Part shown: positions 39,668 through 53,094 of the stretch, one piece after another
How the letters are laid out: every line of letters starts with the position of its first letter
How positions within the stretch are numbered: the stretch's first letter is position 1
DNA from: Octopus bimaculoides
Taxonomy: Eukaryota
Length of the DNA stretch: 64,000 nucleotides
NCBI RefSeq assembly: GCF_001194135.2
Contig: NC_068988.1
Location: 31,846,774-31,910,773 of the forward strand
Direction of reading: 5' to 3'
The notes under the pieces: model-generated
Seen by the model: the letters and a program-made list of their open reading frames with translations, nothing else
Told to the model about the DNA's origin: nothing
Databases searched by the model: none
Program-made: the position numbers and the translations under genes

Positions 39668-41508
39668 CAGAATTTGAAAATGCACTGCGAATAGTTAAAA
39701 TGCAGTCATTATGTTTCACGATTTAACCGGTTTTATGGTATACGCTGATTTTCAAAAGTTGAGATAGAAAGACGCGGGTTATACCGCAATTGTCTTGCTT
39801 CTGGTTAGTATTTGAAGTTTGTCGTATTTTTAAGGGGGTTATATATCTGAAAATAGTATATATACTATTCTCAGTGCATTGTCTACTTCTATTTTCTGTA
39901 TATTNNNNNNNNNNNNNNNNNNNNNNNNNNNNNNNNNNNNNNNNNNNNNNNNNNNNNNNNNNNNNNNNNNNNNNNNNNNNNNNNNNNNNNNNNNNNNNNN
40001 NNNNNNNNNNNNNNNNNNNNNNNNNNNNNNNNNNNNNNNNNNNNNNNNNNNNNNNNNNNNNNNNNNNNNNNNNNNNNNNNNNNNNNNNNNNNNNNNNNNN
40101 NNNNNNNNNNNNNNNNNNNNNNNNNNNNNNNNNNNNNNNNNNNNNNNNNNNNNNNNNNNNNNNNNNNNNNNNNNNNNNNNNNNNNNNNNNNNNNNNNNNN
40201 NNNNNNNNNNNNNNNNNNNNNNNNNNNNNNNNNNNNNNNNNNNNNNNNNNNNNNNNNNNNNNNNNNNNNNNNNNNNNNNNNNNNNNNNNNNNNNNNNNNN
40301 NNNNNNNNNNNNNNNNNNNNNNNNNNNNNNNNNNNNNNNNNNNNNNNNNNNNNNNNNNNNNNNNNNNNNNNNNNNNNNNNNNNNNNNNNNNNNNNNNNNN
40401 NNNNNNNNNNNNNNNNNNNNNNNNNNNNNNNNNNNNNNNNNNNNNNNNNNNNNNNNNNNNNNNNNNNNNNNNNNNNNNNNNNNNNNNNNNNNNNNNNNNN
40501 NNNNNNNNNNNNNNNNNNNNNNNNNNNNNNNNNNNNNNNNNNNNNNNNNNNNNNNNNNNNNNNNNNNNNNNNNNNNNNNNNNNNNNNNNNNNNNNNNNNN
40601 NTATATATATATATATATATTATTGTGTGTTGGGTGGGCCATTGCGCCAAGAATAATAACACACGTACTGGTAGTTGCACACCTACATTAGACATTGAAC
40701 CAAGGGTCTCGTCATTTATATTACAGCTGAAACCAGTGTCTTTGAATTCACGGGATATTATTGATATGCGTGTTGCGGTAAATTATCTTCCTATTTCCTG
40801 ATCAAAACCCTTCTATTGTATAGATTTCTATCACAATAGTAAAACATCAAAATTTTTAAGCTTGCATAGTCAAATATCAGGAATACTCGTGTGATGTTCC
40901 TGTTAGCTCGAACCACATCTCAAAGGTCACTCCACTTCTTCGTTGTAATATTGATAAATTGGATGCTGTATTTATTTACCGCACAAAAGATCAGTAATAC
41001 AACATTATGCTTAGTGTATCTTATTTAACGCTTCATGAGAAGAATTAATGATCAAATATAAATATCAGTTTAGTTGCAACCTTCAGGAATTTCGTACACA
41101 ATATCAATGTTGTGATTAATTCAGTGAACAAATTAGTAACGGTCGATTGGAGAGACGAACGCTACTCTCCTGGAGAGATTTTATTTAGAATTCAATGTTT
41201 CATCCGTTGAGATATTAAATATTGCTTAGAGTAGGGATTGTGTTCTACTTGAGAAAGCCAAAACCAGAAGATTCAACGTGCGCTTGTGCACACACACACA
41301 CTTATTTTATAGAGTTATTTTTCAGTGTGTTTAATGTGATGGGACTTGACTGTTGCATCTAACATATCAAGCGTATGGCACACAAACACATTGATAAATG
41401 TACAGAAACGGGACGAGCATATTTAAGTCAAGATTAGTGAGAGTAAGAATCAAAGATAGTAATTCGACTTTACACGCATCACACGCTTAAAGGGAGGGGA
41501 ATAAAGAT

Positions 41509-41579
<71 letters not shown>

Positions 41580-43250
41580 GAAGAGAGAGGTAGAGACAAA
41601 GAGATATGGAGAGATACACCCAGAGAGAGAATGAGAGAGCGGCAGAGAAGAAAGAGAAAAAAGTGGGGAGAGAATGATTTCGTTGTACTAAACGAAGGGA
41701 GTTGTTGATTGATGTTCTATAATTTATTGAGATCTGTAAATTATAACACTCTAGCTGTGTATTTCAAAGGCAAATAAAGTAGCTTGTATATTCAAAATGT
41801 TATATATATTATTAACAATATTATTAGTAATAAAGCAGTCTGACAGAAATGCGTATAGTTTTAGCCTAACGAATTGTGCATATATCTCGATAGCATTTTT
41901 TAACATATAATAACGTTTTTGCTTAAATGAAATTGTTTATGCTAGTGTTATTAAGTCCATAAATTCTGGAACTAATTATGCAAATTATGGTGACAAATAT
42001 GTAGTAAAATATATAGTAAAATACTATATAATAGCTAACAATCTAATACCTAAGAGAGAAATTATCATAAATGCAGGAAGAATATTTTATCACAATAGAA
42101 CAATAATAATAATAATAACGTTATTTTGTATGATATATTGGTGTTGTAAGTGTAAGTGAGGAATATACGTATGAAATAAAGAAAAGGCAATATTGTGCCA
42201 GATATCTAGATGAAGACATGGGAGTAAAAAATTGACGAAGAAATAAAGCATAATATGAGAGGTTAGAGAGAATGTAAGTTGCGAATAGAGTACGTGTGCT
42301 AAAATAAAATTTGAAATAAAAGTGTGAATACTTAATCATACTGGTGGCTGATATATTGGCAGTGTTTAAAATACTGCTTTTAAACTTTCCTTTAACCGGT
42401 GTGGGATTTAGACATGATGAGGCACTAAGTAATGTAAAATTTAAAGATCCAGTACCAATAACAATCAGTGGAAGACGTAAAATATGCCTTTTAAATATTT
42501 GAAGATTACAAGACTCTCATTTGACGTGTGTTTATATTAATCAACTGCGACTCTGATTTTAGATGATAAATATTTTTGCGAATGTATAATTAATGCTATA
42601 TATTGAGGTTAGAAATAGCGTTCCGAGAAAGATGTTGAGGAATGCTGTTCCTATTAAAAAGAAGATTGGGGTTACTAGGAACTTAAAACCAACGCGTGTG
42701 CTTATATTAAAAAAATGTTTCATGTCATTAGTTGTATGCCTTATAAATATTCATTTTCTTTTATATCAGATAAGGTGGCTTCCGATCTTTTTTTTATGAC
42801 GAACGTTTTTAGAACTGCGGTGTAACATTAAAAAAAAAAAGACATTTTTAACTTCTCACCTTCAATGTATATTGCTATTCATTTCACTTCTTCATTTAAT
42901 CACGCATATATATATATATATATTGGGAGTTCTTGTCATTTTTCTCATTATTTCAATGATTCAAAGATGAAACGATAGATATTTCGTAAATAACTTGCCT
43001 TCAGCTGAAATGAACTTTACACACGCACGCATGCACGTGTACACACACACACACACACACAACACACACACGCACACCATATACTCACACATACACTTAC
43101 ACTTTTATGAATTGTGTTGATATATGCACACGCATATATGCATATATATATATACGCATATATGTATATTTACATATGTGTATGCAGAAATACATATATT
43201 CATGCATACATACAAAGATGCATATCTATCAATGTATCTATCTATCTATG

Positions 43251-43323
<73 letters not shown>

Positions 43324-43632
43324 NNNNNNNNNNNNNNNNNNNNNNNNNNNNNNNNNNNNNNNNNNNNNNNNNNNNNNNNNNNNNNNNNNNNNNNNNNNNN
43401 NNNNNNNNNNNNNNNNNNNNNNNNNNNNNNNNNNNNNNNNNNNNNNNNNNNNNNNNNNNNNNNNNNNNNNNNNNNNNNNNNNNNNNNNNNNNNNNNNNNN
43501 NNNNNNNNNNNNNNNNNNNNNNNNNNNNNNNNNNNNNNNNNNNNNNNNNNNNNNNNNNNNNNNNNNNNNNNNNNNNNNNNNNNNNNNNNNNNNNNNNNNN
43601 NNNNNNNNNNNNNNNNNNNNNNNNNNNNNNNN

Positions 43633-43681
<49 letters not shown>

Positions 43682-44074
43682 CAGATTTTCTACTAAAACT
43701 ACAAAAAAGTTGTACAAATAGTAGAAAAAGAGGGAAGGGTGTAAAACATAAACCATAACAAAATTATAAAAATACTTCAAATGTAGAACAAATGTATATT
43801 TGTTTGATTTCTAAGTTGAATGTATCACGATAGAGAGCTTCATACATTAGAACAAAGTGTTGAAATGTTGACAGCCAATATTCTGACGCATTCTGCAAAC
43901 TAAAACTATATTTTTATGCTTCCATAGTACATTTATGACACCATCACATTTTTATTCTAGCGCCATATATATTCATTCGAATAATAATTTCAAACATCAA
44001 ACCTAGTACGCTGGCATTTAATCCAAACCTGTAAAATATATATTTGCTTTGGCAATCGCACATACATGCATACA

Positions 44075-44108
<34 letters not shown>

Positions 44109-45654
44109 CATACATACGTACGATACACATATATATGCATATATGTATATACATAGATATTTATATATANNNNNNNNNNNNNNNNNNNNNNNNNNNNNNN
44201 NNNNNNNNNNNNNNNNNNNNNNNNNNNNNNNNNNNNNNNNNNNNNNNNNNNNNNNNNNNNNNNNNNNNNNNNNNNNNNNNNNNNNNNNNNNNNNNNNNNN
44301 NNNNNNNNNNNNNNNNNNNNNNNNNNNNNNNNNNNNNNNNNNNNNNNNNNNNNNNNNNNNNNNNNNNNNNNNNNNNNNNNNNNNNNNNNNNNNNNNNNNN
44401 NNNNNNNNNNNNNNNNNNNNNNNNNNNNNNNNNNNNNNNNNNNNNNNNNNNNNNNNNNNNNNNNNNNNNNNNNNNNNNNNNNNNNNNNNNNNNNNNNNNN
44501 NNNNNNNNNNNNNNNNNNNNNNNNNNNNNNNNNNNNNNNNNNNNNNNNNNNNNNNNNNNNNNNNNNNNNNNNNNNNNNNNNNNNNNNNNNNNNNNNNNNN
44601 NNNNNNNNNNNNNNNNNNNNNNNNNNNNNNNNNNNNNNNNNNNNNNNNNNNNNNNNNNNNNNNNNNNNNNNNNNNNNNNNNNNNNNNNNNNNNNNNNNNN
44701 NNNTATATATATAATGGTATATAATTTCTCTTATATATCAATTTAACAGTTACCCTCAAAACAATGATAGACTAAACACTGAAAAGAAATAAAACTATTT
44801 GGATTTAATTTATTCAAAGTTCGACTGCATGAATATCTATAAAAAGAAGCAGAAATATTATTGAGGAAGTTTTTACTTTGTCACTCTAGCAGCTAAACGT
44901 AAGAGCCAATACTTTAATACCAAATTCCGTATTATTGCTAAAATAAAGTCGAATAATTTACTTAAAAATATCGTATGATGCACAATAAATATTTATTGGA
45001 TGCGGATGGGGCTTTGATCGAATTCTGTTTTAGTTTATGTAAGTTGACGAATCGTAGAATTTGGTAGTACCATATGAATATCGATGATAACGATTAAAAC
45101 GGTAAAGTATTCGGGGAGAACTCCTTTTAGGACCTGTTATACATGCAGAAATATCAACCAAATCAATGATAAGATGCTTCGTCTCCGTATAAGAAATATA
45201 ATGGTAATTGATGTATTATATCTGCAAATACGCAAAACTTGACGCGCTGGTTTGAGTGAAATGCATGCATTCAATTGACTTGCTGAATGAAATCTAACCC
45301 TGGAGGTGAATGGACTCTAAATGACAGTATAAACTCATTGAATTAAACAGTAAAAAAATAATTGTTCTATTCGATGTGTGTACAACGCTAAGAAAATGAT
45401 CGATGACCGATCCCAATATTTAATGATTTTAAAGGAAAAAGGTTCTCAGATAATATGTTCAGAGTTGAATTTTCAGCAGTCGAATCAACCGAAGTTCGTG
45501 TTTCACGGAATTACAGTTGAGTGGTTGATTATCTCACATACACTCGTTAATTTACCTAATTGTTAGTTGGAATCGGCGTGACCCAGTCTGACAAGCCCTT
45601 TGAATTAGAGATACAAACCACCCGAGGTGTTTCTACACTGATTGCGTCAACATA

Positions 45655-45745
45655 GTTTCACTCGCAATGTTTGGGTCACCCAGAGGTTATAGAAATGTCA
45701 TTCACTCCGATTTCATGCAGTGGGATCGAACTCAAGCCACATGAA
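45655..45745 (-). mobile_element. Decayed SINE fragment
   Basis: Minus strand GAGTTCGATCCCACTGCATG (B-box)...CTATAACCTCTGGGTGACCCAAAC. Confidence 0.5.
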
Positions 45746-46117
45746 CACATAAACACAGATGTGCGCTCACGTAAACTCGTCGTTTACTCTCATCCCTATC
45801 TGGTCTTCTCAGTAAACACACATATACATACACATATACATGCATACATATACACACATGCATAAGACCAATTCTCAGACAGACCCACAGCAGACATTGA
45901 AGACTGAGGGTAAGTCACTGTGAAGGTCTCAAAATGTGAATGGACTTTGGTTAATAAACAACCTATTAATCTTTTAACCAGCACGTTGAAGAAAAGATCG
46001 ATTTGTTATCTGGTGAGATATATAACCAACTCTCTAACAATACATAAGTCATATCGAACCAGTGCTTGCGTTATTAGTGACGTAATAGTCTTCCCAAGAC
46101 ACTTATACACACACATA

Positions 46118-46414
46118 AGAAAATGGAGGGGAATATGAGGTACTCATCAACTTGCAGACACTGTATTGCGTTGATTAATCTGTTTATTTTAAAACCAAAA
46201 TGACAAAAAGGACAATATACAGTCACTTAAGGCATACCATGTCATATCAACAATTAAGATTTCAAATTTAACGGACTTAATTGGTGATATGACACGGTAT
46301 GTCATAAGTGACTGCATATTGTCCTTTTTTCATTTTGGTTATAAAATAAACAGATTAATCAACGTAATACAGTGTATGCAGTTGATGAGTACCTCGTATT
46401 CCCCTCTATTTTCG
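46118..46414. mobile_element. Near-perfect palindromic MITE (about 140-bp arms, 17-nt loop), TA-flanked
   Basis: 46119-46258 is the reverse complement of 46276-46413 with scattered mismatches. TA at both flanks suggests Tc1/mariner mobilisation. Confidence 0.85.
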
Positions 46415-46604
46415 TATTGCTATATAAATTTTGGGTAAAAAAACCCCTTTTACCCGCACCCACTTATTACATTTGGTTAACACTAGTGTAACAAATTGGA
46501 TATATATTATCCCTTAGTGGGTAGGATCCTCAACCCCTAACTCACTTGGATTATATGTATATATATATATATATACATATATATTCTTTTATTAGTTTAG
46601 TCAT

Positions 46605-46735
46605 TTACTTGTTTCAGTCATTTGACAGCGGCCATGCTGGAACACTGCCTTGAAGGGTTTTATTCGAAGAAATCTACCCAGGACTCATTATTTGCTAGCC
46701 TAGTACTTATTCTATCCTTCTCTTTTTGCCAACCC
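46605..46735 (-). mobile_element. SINE 3' part, family of 14862-15187, running into a gap
   Basis: TTGTTTCAGTCATTTGACAGCGGCCATGCTGGAACACTGCCTTGAAG matches the 14864-14910 region. Confidence 0.75.
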
Positions 46736-47517
46736 AGAACTATATATATNNNNNNNNNNNNNNNNNNNNNNNNNNNNNNNNNNNNNNNNNNNNNNNNNNN
46801 NNNNNNNNNNNNNNNNNNNNNNNNNNNNNNNNNNNNNNNNNNNNNNNNNNNNNNNNNNNNNNNNNNNNNNNNNNNNNNNNNNNNNNNNNNNNNNNNNNNN
46901 NNNNNNNNNNNNNNNNNNNNNNNNNNNNNNNNNNNNNNNNNNNNNNNNNNNNNNNNNNNNNNNTATATATATATATATATTGGATAATTTACGAAAAAAA
47001 CAAGTATCTTCCACCTGCTGACTCCAGTGGCTATAATGCAGTCTTTCGAAATTCTGATATATCAACGTACATACGACTGTAATACAGAGGTGATTTTCGA
47101 CCTTCCAGGTCCAATAACCAGTTAGAGACACTCTCATTTGCTCCTCAAACTATATTTTACTGCTGCTCATGTAATTCAGTACCTTGTCAACCATGTTTGA
47201 GCACACCTTTAATAAAAGAAATGCGAGGCGTAACAAGACCATTATTTTTCTTTTTCCCACAATGTTGTGTACATCTAGGATGTGTTTATGCATTTTCCCC
47301 TTTCTTATATACAGTGGGAGTGTTATCTGAGGAAGAATTTGACTTCTATTTCCAACGGATCACAGATAGAAATAGTCTCGCTATTTAACTCATAATATGA
47401 TTAACAAACGTGTAGAGGAGTTTTGAAGATTTAATCCTATGACTCACATGATGAATTGTAGAGAGTTTCTGTTAACAACCAATGCAAAACCATTACCTAT
47501 TTAAAGCATACTATATA

Positions 47518-48035
47518 CGAGGTGACATCAAAAAGTTCTTCGACTAGTTATGTTTAACAAAACATAACTTATTTACTTAAATCGCCTTCTTCTTCGCCTT
47601 CGAAATAGTGACCTTGCGCAGCAATACACCTCTCCTAGCGTTCCTGCCACTTTTGGAATCCGGCATGGAAGTTGTTTTCCGTAAGCAAGTCGAGGATTTC
47701 CTGCGATTCGCTCAGCATACCGACAGACAACATTGTTAAAACTCTGAGCTTTGAGCGGCAATTTCATCTTGGGGATGAGATGGAAGCACTCGTACATTAT
47801 CGACAGAACAAGGTCCTTCAGTTCAGAAAGTACCAGCAATCGAGATCCCTATAAGCTCGGCCTTGTGAATGGAGGCCATCAAGAAGTTCATCATAAACTG
47901 ACCAATAACCAGGCTCGAAGGCGTGTGAACGTTTGCAATGAACTGCAAGCAAATCCTCGAAATGCCTGTTTTACGGCGTCGAGGACATTCTGCGATTCGC
48001 TCTGAATACCGACAACAGAATTAAAACTGTGACCT
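47518..48035 (-). mobile_element. Mariner 3' relic
   Basis: Minus strand LTENNFHAGFQKWQER*ERCIAAQGHYFEGE is a typical mariner C-terminus. TIR-like TA|CGAGGTGACATCAAAAAGTTC at 47516. Confidence 0.8.
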
Positions 48036-48219
48036 TAAAACTGAGGATGAGCAATGAAATTGTATTCATAATAATGATAAAACAAATCAGCGGCTTTGTT
48101 CATGCCAGAGTTTTAAAATCGTTGCTAAAAAGAGCGTCTTGAAAAGAAGGTCGTATTATGAGTTTAGGAGAATTTCAGTGGGGGTGGGGGGGTGGCTTGC
48201 ACTTACAGCTACTACAGAT

Positions 48220-48643
48220 AGTCATACTATCACCGCCTAAAAATATTATGCGCAACACATCCACCGGGTATATGATGCTTTGAATGCCCACTTTCCGGCA
48301 TTGATCAATCGAAGACGTGTGCTCCTACATAATAACAATGTCCTAGAGCACATTGCCAAAATGACCAAGATCAAACTTAGGGACCTTGAAGGTTTGGAAC
48401 CAACTTTTCTGAGTTGTGCTCATTTTGTGCCAGGACATAAGTTCAACAATGGATATAAATGGTTGCAGGACGGTTTTTGCCTGTAAACCAGTCACATGGT
48501 ATGAACGTGGAATTGATATTATGGCATAACAATGCTTACAGACAATAAAATATGGTACGATATATAAACATTTTTCGTATGTATTCGTTTTAACGATTAA
48601 TTGCGAATTGAAATACCCAAAAAATGTTTGACTAAACCTGGTG
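48220..48643 (+). mobile_element. Mariner 3' relic, different subfamily
   Basis: TITA*KYYAQHIHRVYDALNAHFPALINRRRVLLHNNNVLEHIAKMTKIKL (LHDNARPH region) and WYERGI...IKYGTIY. End AATGTTTGACTAAACCTGGTG|TA. Confidence 0.75.
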
Positions 48644-48687
48644 TATACATACATGCGTACACACACACACACACACATAAATATGTG

Positions 48688-48862
48688 TCGTTAGCCACTA
48701 CACATTCTTTATTTTCTCTCCTTGTTTATTTCTGTGATCCTTTCTGTGTGAGAGCGTAAGCTTGAAACGTTAAAGACTTTTTACTTCTCGAGCGTTAAAC
48801 TAATACGTCTCTCTGTTGTCTACACCACCTGTCTTCGTCTTTTGTTTTTTGTGAATTGTCCC
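48688..48862 (+). repeat. Second copy of the 22437-22625 repeat, hammerhead-like motif at 48740-48775
   Basis: CTTT CTGTGTGA GAGC-GTAA-GCTT GAAA CG TT AAAG. Downstream GAGCGTTAAACTAATAC...ACACCACCTGTCTTCGTCT is shared. Confidence 0.65.
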
Positions 48863-49879
48863 TATATATATATNNNNNNNNNNNNNNNNNNNNNNNNNNN
48901 NNNNNNNNNNNNNNNNNNNNNNNNNNNNNNNNNNNNNNNNNNNNNNNNNNNNNNNNNNNNNNNNNNNNNNNNNNNNNNNNNNNNNNNNNNNNNNNNNNNN
49001 NNNNNNNNNNNNNNNNNNNNNNNNNNNNNNNNNNNNNNNNNNNNNNNNNNNNNNNNNNNNNNNNNNNNNNNNNNNNNNNNNNNNNNNNNNNNNNNNNNNN
49101 NNNNNNNNNNNNNNNNNNNNNNNNNNNNNNNNNNNNNNNNNNNNNNNNNNNNNNNNNNNNNNNNNNNNNNNNNNNNNNNNNNNNNNNNNNNNNNNNNNNN
49201 NNNNNNNNNNNNNNNNNNNNNNNNNNNNNNNNNNNNNNNNNNNNNNNNNNNNNNNNNNNNNNNNNNNNNNNNNNNNNNNNNNNNNNNNNNNNNNNNNNNN
49301 NNNNNNNNNNNNNNNNNNNNNNNNNNNNNNNNNNNNNNNNNNNNNNNNNNNNNNNNNNNNNNNNNNNNNNNNNNNNNNNNNNNNNNNNNNNNNNNNNNNN
49401 NNNNNNNNNNNNNNNNNNNNNNNNNNNNNNNNNNNNNNNNNNNNNNNNNNNNNNNNNNNNNNNNNNNNNNNNNNNNNNNNNNNNNNNNNNNNNNNNNNNN
49501 NNNNNNNNNNNNNNNNNNNNNNNNNNNNNNNNNNNNNNNNNNNNNNNNNNNNNNNNNNNNNNNNNNNNNNNNNNNNNNNNNNNNNNNNNNNNNNNNNNNN
49601 NNNNNNNNNNNNNNNNNNNNNNNNNNNNNNNNNNNNNNNNNNNNNNNNNNNNNNNNNNNNNNNNNNNNNNNNNNNNNNNNNNNNNNNNNNNNNNNNNNNN
49701 NNNNNNNNNNNNNNNNNNNNNNNNNNNNNNNNNNNNNNNNNNNNGTGTGGGCGTGCGTGCTTCTGCGTGTGTATGAGTGTGCATGTGTGTGTGAGTGTGT
49801 GAATGTGTGAGTGAGTGTGCGTGTGCCTATTTCTGTGTGTGTGTGTGTGAGTGAGTGAGTGTGTGTGTGTGTGCGTGTG

Positions 49880-49916
<37 letters not shown>

Positions 49917-50339
49917 GTGTGTGTGCGTTTAGAAATGAATGACAGTATATCGAGAGTGACAAAAATCAAATCACGCAGTACTAATAAAATTTTAAGTTCT
50001 CCACAATAGCAAGAAGCTTTATCTTTCTTTTCCTTTGAAATAATTTACACTTAAGTTCCTTCATCGATTTTTCATGTAAGGTATCTATATATTGTAATAA
50101 ATAACTTTTTATCTTTACTAGATTCCCATATCTGGAACACATCACCATTATTAGTCAGAAACTCAATATAATAATTTATAAATGAGTGTTCTATATATTC
50201 TGTCTCTTATTTTTCACGCTAATCTTTCACCAGTTCTCTATCTGTATGTGTGTGTGTGTGTGTGTTTGTATGTGTGCATGTATGTGTATATAGATGAACT
50301 CATAAAGGTTAAGCACACAAACATGTGTGAAGATATAAA

Positions 50340-50378
<39 letters not shown>

Positions 50379-50577
50379 NNNNNNNNNNNNNNNNNNNNNN
50401 NNNNNNNNNNNNNNNNNNNNNNNNNNNNNNNNNNNNNNNNNNNNNNNNNNNNNNNNNNNNNNNNNNNNNNNNNNNNNNNNNNNNNNNNNNNNNNNNNNNN
50501 NNNNNNNNNNNNNNNNNNNNNNNNNNNNNNNNNNNNNNNNNNNNNNNNNNNNNNNNNNNNNNNNNNNNNNNNNNNNA

Positions 50578-50626
<49 letters not shown>

Positions 50627-51768
50627 ATGTGTGTGTGTGTGTATGTATGTGTATGTGTGTGTGTGTGTGTGCATATGTGCGTGTGTATAGTGCATGCATG
50701 TAAAATATATCTTAAACCTCATATATGTGCTTTTATTTCTTCGTGTTTCTGTGAGATTTTTCTCGTATGGTGATAAATATTTCTGTGCTCATGAAACATA
50801 CATACATACATACATACATACATACATGAGTGTGTGTTTGCGTACATGCATTCATTGATGCACACAAACGTACATACATATATACATATGTGCAAACACA
50901 CGTACACTCACTTATCTACAAATATATATGCATATATGTATACAGGTGTATGTGCCTGTGATCGCATGCGTGTGTATATATGTGCGCGTGTATACAGGCG
51001 AACGTATAGTTATACATATTCATGTTTGTGTATTCGTGTGATGTGTATATAACGGCACGAGTGTGCAATTTTACTAACATGTCTTCAGCGTATGGAAGTT
51101 TCACGCCTTTTAGCAAAAGGCATATTTTTGCATTGATTTTTGCCTTAAAAAAATATACACCACCCTCCACAAATGAATATAATGCTACAAAAATGCCGAA
51201 AAGTAAAAGTAAAACAAAAACCTAATCAAATGATAAAAAAACATTGCCATCATAAATACTTCTAGAACAGTTGGGTTTTAAATATTAATCAGCATTGATG
51301 GAGTCAACGGATACATTTTTTCATCAACGAAAAAGTGTATTTCTTGATTTCACACCAATCCCATCAACGTTCATCATTATAGTTATCACATTTTCACACC
51401 TCACCTCATAGTACTTCTACAAATAAGGAACGATTGGATTCCTTACTTGTGACTATCCCCGCTTGCACAATGCATTCTACTTCTCTCTAATTTTCTCAAT
51501 TTCTCTTTCTCTCTCACATATTTTACTCTCTCTCTCTCTCTCTCTCTCTCTTGTACTCTCATTGTTTCTCTCTTTTCTCTCATTTTTGCCTCCATTTCTT
51601 CATTTCTGTGTACAGACACATGTGTGGTGCAGTATTTTCTATGAGCGTACGTGTGTAAGTATGTATGTGTGCATTTATGTCAGTATGTTTATAAATATAT
51701 ATATATGGATATATGTATATACATATATACATATATATATACATATATATACATATATATACATACAT

Positions 51769-51807
<39 letters not shown>

Positions 51808-52502
51808 NNNNNNNNNNNNNNNNNNNNNNNNNNNNNNNNNNNNNNNNNNNNNNNNNNNNNNNNNNNNNNNNNNNNNNNNNNNNNNNNNNNNNNNNNNNNN
51901 NNNNNNNNNNNNNNNNNNNNNNNNNNNNNNNNNNNNNNNNNNNNNNNNNNNNNNNNNNNNNNNNNNNNNNNNNNNNNNNNNNNNNNNNNNNNNNNNNNNN
52001 NNNNNNNNNNNNNNNNNNNNNNNNNNNNNNNNNNNNNNNNNNNNNNNNNNNNNNNNNNNNNNNNNNNNNNNNNNNNNNNNNNNNNNNNNNNNNNNNNNNN
52101 NNNNNNNNNNNNNNNNNNNNNNNNNNNNNNNNNNNNNNNNNNNNNNTATATATATATATATATGCATATATATGTGTGTGTATGCATGTTTGTATGTGTC
52201 TATGCATGCACTTGCACGCACATGTTCGTGTATGCATGTAAGTGGGTGTCTCTATAAGCTTATCCAACTTATACAACTCGGTATATATCTCTAAAGTTTT
52301 ACTCAGAGATACTTTTCCCAATGACATGTCTTCATAAAAGATTTCATGAAGTCATTGCCTATTTTCAATATGTCGGTATTTTTTTTTTATCTATCTAACT
52401 ACCTACTTGTTTGTCAGAAACAATATCAAAGTCATAACGGACAAAATTCAAGTCTTCTACTTATTAAATACATTTCTGTCTGTAAACCTACTTATCTATC
52501 TA

Positions 52503-52540
<38 letters not shown>

Positions 52541-52644
52541 CCGATCCCTTTTGATCGGATTAAAATTTTTTTTTTTTTTTAAGAAAAGCTCTACAGTTGT
52601 ATTTGTCCCCTCTGTGTGCAGCCCTGTGTGGCTAATAAAAGAAA
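52541..52644 (+). mobile_element. Short 3'UTR fragment of the 30420-30821 family embedded in (TATC)n
   Basis: CCCTTTTGATCGG...TTGTATTTGTCC...GCCCTGTGTGGCTAATAAAAGAAA, with (TATC)n on both sides. Confidence 0.65.
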
Positions 52645-52646
52645 GT

Positions 52647-52677
<31 letters not shown>

Positions 52678-52688
52678 CTATATGTCTC

Positions 52689-52762
<74 letters not shown>

Positions 52763-53094
52763 GATACTTCTGCATCTTCCACTTCGCTTTCTTTTCACTA
52801 TATTTACGTATTCAGCCATCTATCTATTCAATCCTCGTTGCACATATATATTTATCAATATATTTATCGTATACTTATACCCATCGATAAAGGAATATAA
52901 ATGTACACTTATATATATATATATATNNNNNNNNNNNNNNNNNNNNNNNNNNNNNNNNNNNNNNNNNNNNNNNNNNNNNNNNNNNNNNNNNNNNNNNNNN
53001 NNNNNNNNNNNNNNNNNNNNNNNNNNNNNNNNNNNNNNNNNNNNNNNNNNNNNNNNNNNNNNNNTATAGGGCAGGGAATCGTCAATTAGTAATA

